Shown here: piece after piece, positions 56,244 to 64,000 of the stretch
Position numbering within the stretch: the first letter of the stretch is position 1
Layout: the number at the start of each line of letters is the position of its first letter
The notes under the pieces: model-generated
Database searches by the model: none
What the model saw: only the letters and a program-made list of their open reading frames with translations
What the model was told of the DNA's origin: nothing
NCBI GenBank assembly: GCA_902552755.1
Contig: CACDHV010000003.1
Span: 921 to 64,920 of the forward strand
Length of the DNA stretch: 64,000 nt
Direction: 5' to 3'
Source: an uncultured Pelagibacteraceae bacterium
Lineage (GTDB): Bacteria > Pseudomonadota > Alphaproteobacteria > Pelagibacterales > Pelagibacteraceae
Position numbers and translations under genes: made by a program

Positions 56244-59018
56244 ATGGAGAAAATTAAAAAAAGTGACCATTTTTACTTAATAGATGGTTCGGGATACATT
56301 TTTAGAGCATATTATGCTCTTCCTCCTCTAACCAGAAAAAGTGATGGATTACCAGTTGGTGCTGTCAGCGGTTTTTGTAACATGCTTTTTAAATTATTAG
56401 AGGACTCTAAATCAGATGATAATTTAGAAAAACCAACACACTTTGCAGTAATATTTGATTCAGCAAGAAAAAATTTTAGAAATGAAATATATTCAGATTA
56501 TAAAGGAAATAGATCTGATGCTCCTGACGATCTAATTCCTCAATTTGAATACATCAGGAAATCTGTAAAAGCCTTTAATTTACCTTCAATTGAGTTAATC
56601 AATTATGAGGCAGATGATTTAATTGCAACATATGTAGAAAAAATTTTAGACCTAGGTGCAAAGGTAACAATTGTTTCCTCAGATAAAGATTTAATGCAGC
56701 TTTATAAAAAAGGAGTAAGAATTTATGACCCGATGAAGAATAAATTTATAAATCAAGATGATGTGCAAAATAAATTTGGAGTTACTCCAGAAAAAGTAAT
56801 AGATGTGCAATCCTTAGCTGGTGATAGTACAGATAATGTACCTGGTGTACCTGGTATAGGAGTTAAAACAGCTGCAGAATTGATAAATGAATATGGAACT
56901 TTAGAAAATTTATTAAAAAATGCATCAAAAATAAAACAGAATAAAAGAAGAGAAACTTTAATAAATAACAAGGAAGATGCAATTATAAGTAAAAAACTAG
57001 TTACATTAAAAAAAGATGTGCCTGTAAAAAATAAAATCGAAGAATTCATGTTAAAAAGTGTTGATCAAGACAAGCTTTATACTTTTCTAAGAGAAATGGA
57101 ATTTAATAGGCTATTGAGTTCTGCAATCTCAAAGTATGGGGGTAAAAACAATCCTGAAAATAAAGATATTGAGAAAAATTCAGAAAAAACATCAGAAATC
57201 AAGAAAAAAAATTATCAATTAATTAATAATGAGAAGGAAATTGAAGATTGGATGAAACAATCTGAGGAAATAGGTGAATTTGCAATAGATACTGAAACAA
57301 CATCATTAGACCCTCATACAGCAAAGTTAGTAGGTATTTCAATCTCTAACAGTATTGGAAATGCATGTTATATTCCATTAAATCACGTTAGTGGAAATAA
57401 TCTTAACGAAAAAAAAGTCTTAAGCGTTCTAAAAAATTATTTAGAAGATAAGAGTATTAAAAAAATAGGACAAAATATTAAGTTTGATTTTATAGTCTTT
57501 TATCACCGTGGAATAACTTTAAATTCTATGGAAGATACTATGCTTATGTCTTACACATTAGATGCTGGTAAAAATAGGCATAATATGGATACTCTTTCAG
57601 AGATCCATCTAGGTCATAAAACTATAAAATTTAAAGATCTAGTAGGTACTGGAAAAAAACAACTAAATTTTTCTGAAGTTAACATATCTGAAGCTAAAGA
57701 TTATGCAGCAGAAGATGCAGATATTACATTTAGATTGTATAAAATTTTTTTAAAATCATTAAAAGCAGAAAAATTATTGAATATTTATGAGTTATTTGAA
57801 AAACCATTAATTAAAATACTAGCAGAGATGGAGATAAAAGGTATTAAACTTGACAAATCTTCACTTAACAAACTGTCTTCAAAATTTTCAACTAAAATCG
57901 AAAAATTAGAAAAATCTATTTTTAAGATTTCAAAGAAAACATTTAACATTGGATCAACGAAGCAACTTGGTGAAATAATGTATAACGATTTAAAAATAGC
58001 AGCTTTAAAAAAAACAAAAAAAGGAAGTTTTGCTACAAGTGCTTCAGTTTTAGAAGACCTAGCTTTTAAGGGTTATGAATTTCCAAAACTCATCTTGGAA
58101 TGGAGGCAAATTAGTAAACTTAAAAATACCTACTCAGATGCATTGCCAGAACATATAAATCAAAACACTAAAAGGGTTCATACATCTTTTTTGTTAGCAG
58201 CTACTACAACAGGTAGACTTGCATCTAGTGATCCAAATCTACAAAATATTCCAATAAAATCAGATGATGGTAAGGATATTAGAAAAGCGTTTGTTTCTGA
58301 AAAAAACAACAAATTAATTTCAGCAGACTACAACCAAGTTGAGATGAGAATTTTGGCTGATCTAGCAGATGTAAAACAGTTAAAAAAGGCATTTTTAAAC
58401 AATGAGGATATTCATACTTTGACAGCCAGTCAGGTTTTTGGAAAAGAAATTAATAAAATTGATTCAGAAACAAGAAGAAAGGCAAAAGCAATAAACTTTG
58501 GAATAATTTATGGTATTTCACAATATGGTTTAGCTAAACAAATCAATGTTTCAAACAATGAAGCAGAAGAATTTTTAAATTCTTATTTTAAAAAATTTCC
58601 AGAAATTAAAGATTATATGAATACAACTGTAAATTTTTGTAGAAAAAGTGGCTATGTAAATAATATATTTGGAAGAAAAACACATCTCACTGGAATTAAC
58701 GATAAAAATTTCAATGTAAGAAATTTTCAGGAGAGGGCAGCAATAAATGCTCCAATTCAAGGGTCAGCATCGGAGATAATGAGATTAGCAATGATCAGAA
58801 TAAATAAAGAAATCTCCAATAATAAAAATAATAGTCTAAAAATGTTGTTACAAATACACGATGAGTTAATTTTCGAAGAAAGCTCAAAAGAAACAAAAAA
58901 AAGTATTAAATTAATTAAGGATTTGATGTTGAGTGTTAAAGATAGTGAACTTCACTCATTTTCAATACCTCTTTTAGTCGATATGAATATTGGAGAAAAT
59001 TGGGGTGAACTTCATTGA
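56244..59018 (+). CDS. polA: DNA polymerase I
   Basis: 5'-3' exonuclease (LIDGS, EADD, GDSTDNVPGV), 3'-5' exonuclease (IDTET, YAAED), polymerase motifs DYNQVE, KAINFGIIYG, QIHDE. Confidence 0.98.
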   Translation: MEKIKKSDHFYLIDGSGYIFRAYYALPPLTRKSDGLPVGAVSGFCNMLFKLLEDSKSDDNLEKPTHFAVIFDSARKNFRNEIYSDYKGNRSDAPDDLIPQFEYIRKSVKAFNLPSIELINYEADDLIATYVEKILDLGAKVTIVSSDKDLMQLYKKGVRIYDPMKNKFINQDDVQNKFGVTPEKVIDVQSLAGDSTDNVPGVPGIGVKTAAELINEYGTLENLLKNASKIKQNKRRETLINNKEDAIISKKLVTLKKDVPVKNKIEEFMLKSVDQDKLYTFLREMEFNRLLSSAISKYGGKNNPENKDIEKNSEKTSEIKKKNYQLINNEKEIEDWMKQSEEIGEFAIDTETTSLDPHTAKLVGISISNSIGNACYIPLNHVSGNNLNEKKVLSVLKNYLEDKSIKKIGQNIKFDFIVFYHRGITLNSMEDTMLMSYTLDAGKNRHNMDTLSEIHLGHKTIKFKDLVGTGKKQLNFSEVNISEAKDYAAEDADITFRLYKIFLKSLKAEKLLNIYELFEKPLIKILAEMEIKGIKLDKSSLNKLSSKFSTKIEKLEKSIFKISKKTFNIGSTKQLGEIMYNDLKIAALKKTKKGSFATSASVLEDLAFKGYEFPKLILEWRQISKLKNTYSDALPEHINQNTKRVHTSFLLAATTTGRLASSDPNLQNIPIKSDDGKDIRKAFVSEKNNKLISADYNQVEMRILADLADVKQLKKAFLNNEDIHTLTASQVFGKEINKIDSETRRKAKAINFGIIYGISQYGLAKQINVSNNEAEEFLNSYFKKFPEIKDYMNTTVNFCRKSGYVNNIFGRKTHLTGINDKNFNVRNFQERAAINAPIQGSASEIMRLAMIRINKEISNNKNNSLKMLLQIHDELIFEESSKETKKSIKLIKDLMLSVKDSELHSFSIPLLVDMNIGENWGELH

Positions 59019-59068
59019 AAACAAACAATTGCCCTAATCTGAACAATTTAGTATTTTTATTCTAATTT

Positions 59069-59773
59069 ATGTCACAAACAATTGCGTTAGTAGATGATGA
59101 TCGAAATTTATTAACATCTGTCCAGATGGCTTTAGAAAAGGAAGGTTTTAAAGTTCAAACCTATATTGATGGTGAAAATGCTCTTGTTGGATTATCAAGA
59201 ACACCACCAGATCTTGCTGTAATTGATATTAAAATGCCAAGAATGGACGGTGAAGAGCTTCTAAGAAAACTTAGAAAAAAAACTTCTATGCCGGTTATTT
59301 TTTTAACTTCTAAAGATGAAGTAACCGACGAGGTTAGTGGTTTAAAACTCGGAGCAGATGATTTTGTTGGTAAAACTGGAGGATTTTCAACCAAAGTTTT
59401 AGTTGAAAGAATTAAAGTGCAATTAAGAAAAAAAGATAAGGACATTAATATAGAAGAAAATAAAAATGTAATTTCTCACGGTAAGTTAAAATTAGATCCT
59501 TCCCAACTCGAATGCGAGTGGGATGGTAAACAATTGCCTGATAAACTTACTACTACAGAATTTAAAATTGTTGAGGAGCTAGCAAAAAGACCAGGAATGA
59601 TTAAAGAGAGAGCTCTACTCATGGATGTGGCTTATCGAGAAGATACAGATATAGAAGATAGGACTATTGATAGTCATGTTAAGAGAATAAGAAAAAAATT
59701 TAAAAAGGTAGATAGTGATTTTTCAGCAATTGAAACAAGATATGGAAGTGGATATAGATGGAATGTTAAATAA
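59069..59773 (+). CDS. chvI: ChvI-type response regulator
   Basis: IALVDDDRN, DIKMPRMDG, FLTSKDE, DRTIDSHVKRIRKKFK.VD..F..IET.YG.GYRW. Confidence 0.92.
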   Translation: MSQTIALVDDDRNLLTSVQMALEKEGFKVQTYIDGENALVGLSRTPPDLAVIDIKMPRMDGEELLRKLRKKTSMPVIFLTSKDEVTDEVSGLKLGADDFVGKTGGFSTKVLVERIKVQLRKKDKDINIEENKNVISHGKLKLDPSQLECEWDGKQLPDKLTTTEFKIVEELAKRPGMIKERALLMDVAYREDTDIEDRTIDSHVKRIRKKFKKVDSDFSAIETRYGSGYRWNVK

Positions 59774-59775
59774 TT

Positions 59776-61278
59776 ATGGGAAAAATACTAAAAAATCTTT
59801 CTATATTACAGAAATTTTTATTTATTAATTTAGTAGTCTTTATATTTATAATAATAATCACGTTTTTTTACTTAGGTGCTATTCAAAAAAATTTGATTAA
59901 TGAAAAACAAAATAATCATACAAATATAATTACTCAAACAATATTAAATCTTGAAAAATCAAATATAAAATTAAATGAATATGGAATAAGCGAATTTTTA
60001 TTTTCCAAAAAATCCCGATTTCCTTATTTTGAAAAACTAGATAGAGTAATATTTTTTGACGATAAATTAAATTGGATTGGAGATACAAGATCCATTCCAT
60101 CATCATTATTACTAATTGAAGAATTAACTGAACAATCAAGTGAGAATAATTTTAATAATCAAGAAAATAAAAATGAAACAATTTTCGATGAAGATCTTAA
60201 TAAATATTATTTATCAGGATCTGAAAAATCTTTAACTAATTTAAAACAAATCCAAGAACAGTTTTTTGTATTTAGTATTAAGAGTATAAATTATTTGAAT
60301 AATAATGGCTATATTCTTATATCTGAAAACGCTGATAACATAATTGCACAAATTGAAGAGAGAGAGAACTTTATTATTAGAACAGCTCTTGTAGTACTTT
60401 TGGTTATCATTATTTTCTCATATGTTTTAAATAGATATTTTTTAAAACCTATTAAAAATTTAGTGACTTATACAAAAATCATAAAAGACAAAAGTAACGA
60501 AAAAACAGATATAGAAAGAGTTAAGACAAGAAATGATGAATTAGGAATATTATCAAAATCACTTGATGAAATGACCAGTGAATTAAATAAAAGAATTACA
60601 ACTGCTGAAAATTATTCAACAGACTTACTTCATGAAATTAGAAATCCTCTTGCCTCATTAAAAAGTGCATCTGAGATTATTTCAGAAACAGAGGATAAAA
60701 CTAAAAGAGAAAAATTAATTAATATAGTATCACATGATGTTGAGAGAATAGAAAGATTGATTACTGATTATTCTCAAATGCTGAAAGATGAGGCAGTAAT
60801 TTCCACAGAAACAATGCAAAAAATTGATATAAAGGATATTGCAAAATCTGTAGTTGATGATTTTAATAATATTTATAATTCAAAAAGAAAAATACAAATT
60901 CGATTAAAGTCTAATGGATCTGAAAATTATTTTATACTTGGTATCAACAATAGGATAGAACAAATTATTGCAAATTTACTTGAAAATTCAATTTCTTTTA
61001 GCGACGAGAATCAAGAAATTATAGTAGAGGTCAGCAAAGACAAAGAAGGCAAGCCTAGACTTATCGTAATTGATGAGGGGACTGGTTTTAGTGAGAAGGA
61101 TACTACTAAAATTTTCAATAGATTTTACAGCAATAGACCTCAAAATTTTGGAGAACACTCTGGTTTGGGCCTAAATATAGTGAAAAACTTAGTTGAATTA
61201 CATAATGGACAAATTAAAGCTGAAAATAATAAAGATAAGGGTGCAAAAGTTGAAATAATTTTCCCGGCGACCCAATGA
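59776..61278 (+). CDS. chvG: ChvG-type sensor histidine kinase
   Basis: Two TM segments, HAMP domain, HEIRNPLASLKSA, RFYSNRP, HSGLGL; follows chvI. Confidence 0.88.
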   Translation: MGKILKNLSILQKFLFINLVVFIFIIIITFFYLGAIQKNLINEKQNNHTNIITQTILNLEKSNIKLNEYGISEFLFSKKSRFPYFEKLDRVIFFDDKLNWIGDTRSIPSSLLLIEELTEQSSENNFNNQENKNETIFDEDLNKYYLSGSEKSLTNLKQIQEQFFVFSIKSINYLNNNGYILISENADNIIAQIEERENFIIRTALVVLLVIIIFSYVLNRYFLKPIKNLVTYTKIIKDKSNEKTDIERVKTRNDELGILSKSLDEMTSELNKRITTAENYSTDLLHEIRNPLASLKSASEIISETEDKTKREKLINIVSHDVERIERLITDYSQMLKDEAVISTETMQKIDIKDIAKSVVDDFNNIYNSKRKIQIRLKSNGSENYFILGINNRIEQIIANLLENSISFSDENQEIIVEVSKDKEGKPRLIVIDEGTGFSEKDTTKIFNRFYSNRPQNFGEHSGLGLNIVKNLVELHNGQIKAENNKDKGAKVEIIFPATQ

Positions 61279-61282
61279 AAAG

Positions 61283-61311
61283 TTGATTAATATAAATAAA
61301 GTTGTTACAAG
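61283..61311 (+). promoter_or_regulatory. Putative sigma70 promoter of ahcY
   Basis: TTGATT-N17-TACAAG with an extended TGn, 9 nt before the ATG. Confidence 0.45.
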
Positions 61312-61320
61312 CCCTACCTT

Positions 61321-62607
61321 ATGACAGATTATAAAGTAAAAGATATTAACGAAGCAGACTTTGGAAGAAAAGAAATCTCTCTAGCTGAGACTGAAATGCC
61401 AGGATTAATGGCAGTAAGAGCTGAATATAAAGGCAAAAATCCACTTAAAGGTGCAAGAATTTTAGGTTGTCTTCACATGACAATTCAAACAGCAGTTTTG
61501 ATTGAAACTTTAGTCGATTTAGGTGCAGAATGTAGATGGTCTTCATGCAATATATTTTCTACACAAGACCACGCAGCGGCAGCAATTGCCAAAGCTGGTA
61601 TTCCAGTGTTTGCTTGGAAGGGTGAGACAGAGGAAGAATACTGGTGGTGCGTTAAGCAAACTATTGAGGGTAAAAAAGATTGGATCCCAAATATGATTTT
61701 AGATGATGGTGGAGATCTTACTGCACTTATGCATAAGGATTATAAAGATTTATTAAAAGGCATAAAAGGTTTAAGTGAAGAAACAACAACAGGTGTTCTA
61801 GCACTTAAAAAAATGGAAGAGCAAGGACAATTGTTAGTGCCAGCAATTAATGTAAACGACTCAGTTACAAAATCAAAATTTGATAACTTATATGGATGTA
61901 GAGAGAGTTTAGTTGATGGAATTAAAAGAGCTACTGATGTAATGATGTCAGGAAAAGTTGCAATCGTTGCAGGCTTTGGTGATGTTGGAAAAGGAAGTGC
62001 TGCATCTTTAAGACAAAGTGGAGCAAGAGTTTTAGTAACTGAAACTGATCCAATTTGTGCATTGCAAGCCGCTATGGAAGGTTACGAAGTGGTTTTAATG
62101 GATGAAATGATAGGTCAAGCAGATATTGTTGTAACTGCAACTGGAAATAAAGATGTAGTAACAGCAGATCATATGAGAGCTATGAAAGATAGATCTATTC
62201 TATGTAATATCGGTCACTTTGACAATGAAATACAAGTTGAGGCATTGAAAAACTATAAATGGGATGAAGTAAAACCCCAAGTTCATGAAATAACATTCCC
62301 AGATGATAAAAGATTAATATTGTTAGCTGAGGGAAGACTAGTAAATTTAGGTTGTGGAACTGGTCACCCAAGTTTTGTTATGAGTGCATCATTTACAAAC
62401 CAGGTTATTGCGCAAATTGAGCTTTGGAACAATTCAGATAACTATGAAAATAAAGTTTATGTGCTTCCTAAACACTTAGATGAAAAAGTGGCAAGACTTC
62501 ATTTAGATAAGGTTGGTGCAAAATTAACACCATTATCGAAAGAGCAAGCTGACTATATAAGTGTAACACCAGAGGGACCATACAAGCCTCATGCTTATCG
62601 CTACTAG
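61321..62607 (+). CDS. ahcY: Adenosylhomocysteinase
   Basis: [45 protein letters not shown]. Confidence 0.98.
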   Translation: MTDYKVKDINEADFGRKEISLAETEMPGLMAVRAEYKGKNPLKGARILGCLHMTIQTAVLIETLVDLGAECRWSSCNIFSTQDHAAAAIAKAGIPVFAWKGETEEEYWWCVKQTIEGKKDWIPNMILDDGGDLTALMHKDYKDLLKGIKGLSEETTTGVLALKKMEEQGQLLVPAINVNDSVTKSKFDNLYGCRESLVDGIKRATDVMMSGKVAIVAGFGDVGKGSAASLRQSGARVLVTETDPICALQAAMEGYEVVLMDEMIGQADIVVTATGNKDVVTADHMRAMKDRSILCNIGHFDNEIQVEALKNYKWDEVKPQVHEITFPDDKRLILLAEGRLVNLGCGTGHPSFVMSASFTNQVIAQIELWNNSDNYENKVYVLPKHLDEKVARLHLDKVGAKLTPLSKEQADYISVTPEGPYKPHAYRY

Positions 62608-63070
62608 AAGTGGCAAAATAAATATTTCTAAAGAAAAAGATACAAAACTTGTAGCTGAACAATTTTGTAAGCTTATCGGTTTAGGAGATTTAATACTTTT
62701 AAGTGGGAATTTAGGGGTAGGAAAAACTACTTTCATCAAATACATTATTAATTGTCTTCAAAGAATAAATAGACAGGCAATGTCGGAAGTCCCTAGTCCT
62801 ACTTTTAATATTACTAATGAGTATCAGATAAAAAAAATTTTAATAAAACACTACGATTTATATAGAGTTAAAAATGAAAAAGAGCTTAATAACTTAGGTA
62901 TCCAAGAAAATTTAAAGAAACAAATAACTCTAATTGAATGGCCCAAAATAGCAAAAAAACTAAAAATTAAAAATAGTATTAGTTTAATATTCAAATATAA
63001 TAAAAACTATACTGAGCGCTATCTTACAATAATTTCGAAAAACAGAAAAATAATTAATGGATTTAAATAA
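62591..63070 (+). CDS. tsaE: tRNA threonylcarbamoyladenosine biosynthesis ATPase
   Basis: [24 protein letters not shown]. Confidence 0.93.
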   Translation: MLIATRSGKINISKEKDTKLVAEQFCKLIGLGDLILLSGNLGVGKTTFIKYIINCLQRINRQAMSEVPSPTFNITNEYQIKKILIKHYDLYRVKNEKELNNLGIQENLKKQITLIEWPKIAKKLKIKNSISLIFKYNKNYTERYLTIISKNRKIINGFK

Positions 63071-64000
63071 ATTAAGAAAACTAACTGGAGATGCATCATT
63101 TAGAAATTTTTACAGAGGAAATAAAAATATTCTGGTTCATTGTGTAAAAAATAAAAAAAGTAACTTGTTAGAATATGATGCTGTTAACAAAATATTAATT
63201 AAAAAAAATATTTTAGCGCCTAGATTAATATCTCATAATTACAAAAATAATTATATTGAGATTGAGGATTTCGGTGATTTAACAGTTCTTAAAAAATTCA
63301 AAAAAAAATCAACAAATAAAAAAATATATTATAAAAAAATTTTAGAATTATTAATAAAAATCAAAAATATAAAAACTAAACATCAAAAAACATTTTTGAA
63401 AACTAATTATAAAGTGCCAGACTATTCATTAAAAAAATTATTAGATGAAACTAATTTATTCATAGACTGGTATTTACCAAAATATGTTAAAAGAGGAAAA
63501 GATAAAATTTTAAAAATTAAATTTAATAAGATATTTAAAAAATTAATAAATAATATTTATTACAAAAATAAAGTTTTTGTACATCGAGATTTTCATATAT
63601 CTAATTTAATGATAACTAAAAAAGGTTTAGGATTGATAGATAGTCAAGATGCTGTATATGGTAATATTGCATATGATTTAGCCTCTCTTATCGATGATGT
63701 TAGGTTTAAAACAGACTTAAAGACTAAAAAATATATTTTTGATGAATTCATAAAAAAAAATAAACAATTAAATCTTAAAAAGTTCAAAAATGACTTTGAC
63801 ATCTTATCCGTTTTAAGGAATTTAAAAATTATTGGCATATTTACTAGATTATCTGTAAGAGATAACAAAAATAAATATCTTAAACTCATACCCCACGCAT
63901 GGGAGTTAATTGATTATAGAACTTTGAATAATCCAATATTTGAAGACTTAAATTACCTATTAAGTAAAAACTTTGATAGAAAAATTAGAAAATCTTATGA
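63057..64000 (+). CDS. amgK: Aminoglycoside-phosphotransferase-fold anomeric MurNAc/GlcNAc kinase (AmgK-like); runs off the window end
   Basis: Translated by hand (not in the ORF track): [43 protein letters not shown]...YDLASL, RNLKIIGIFTRL..RD.K..YL; follows tsaE. Confidence 0.85.
   Translation, partial: MDLNKLRKLTGDASFRNFYRGNKNILVHCVKNKKSNLLEYDAVNKILIKKNILAPRLISHNYKNNYIEIEDFGDLTVLKKFKKKSTNKKIYYKKILELLIKIKNIKTKHQKTFLKTNYKVPDYSLKKLLDETNLFIDWYLPKYVKRGKDKILKIKFNKIFKKLINNIYYKNKVFVHRDFHISNLMITKKGLGLIDSQDAVYGNIAYDLASLIDDVRFKTDLKTKKYIFDEFIKKNKQLNLKKFKNDFDILSVLRNLKIIGIFTRLSVRDNKNKYLKLIPHAWELIDYRTLNNPIFEDLNYLLSKNFDRKIRKSY

Noticed and set aside
61279-61320. SAH or SAM riboswitch before ahcY
   Set aside because: The 42-nt gap is filled by promoter-like elements and shows no aptamer motif.

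Overview
Very AT-rich, almost gap-free core-genome segment of a streamlined marine alphaproteobacterium. DmdA, gene order and compaction point to Pelagibacterales/SAR11. Gene order: ffh-rpsP-trmD-rplS-leuCDB; DMSP demethylation genes dmdC-dmdB-dmdA; asd; sdhCDAB-mmsA-mdh-sucCDAB-lpd; priA; atpHAGDC; a minus-strand block metX-metW-gloB-rplU-rpmA-obgE-proBA-nadD-rsfS-ctpA-rppH, with a SAM-II riboswitch before metX; hisC-tyrA; trkH-ampG-NlpC/P60; class I lysS-pyrD-rpmB-yhhQ; a four-gene polyamine operon; regA; an ABC ATPase; polA; chvI-chvG-ahcY-tsaE-amgK. I saw no mobile elements, tRNA, rRNA or CRISPR. Four single extra-A homopolymer frameshifts (rplS, dmdB, sdhB, sucA) are most likely assembly errors. 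The most interesting signals are: (1) the succinate dehydrogenase anchors lack both canonical heme-b histidine ligands; (2) a decarboxylase + deoxyhypusine-synthase-like + AguB + AguA operon suggests a deiminase-type homospermidine route, and it is preceded by an attenuator-like leader; (3) the metX SAM-II riboswitch has an apparent SD-independent anti-aptamer/start-codon-hairpin expression platform. All gene calls come from motif recognition and recalled family knowledge; no database searches were run.
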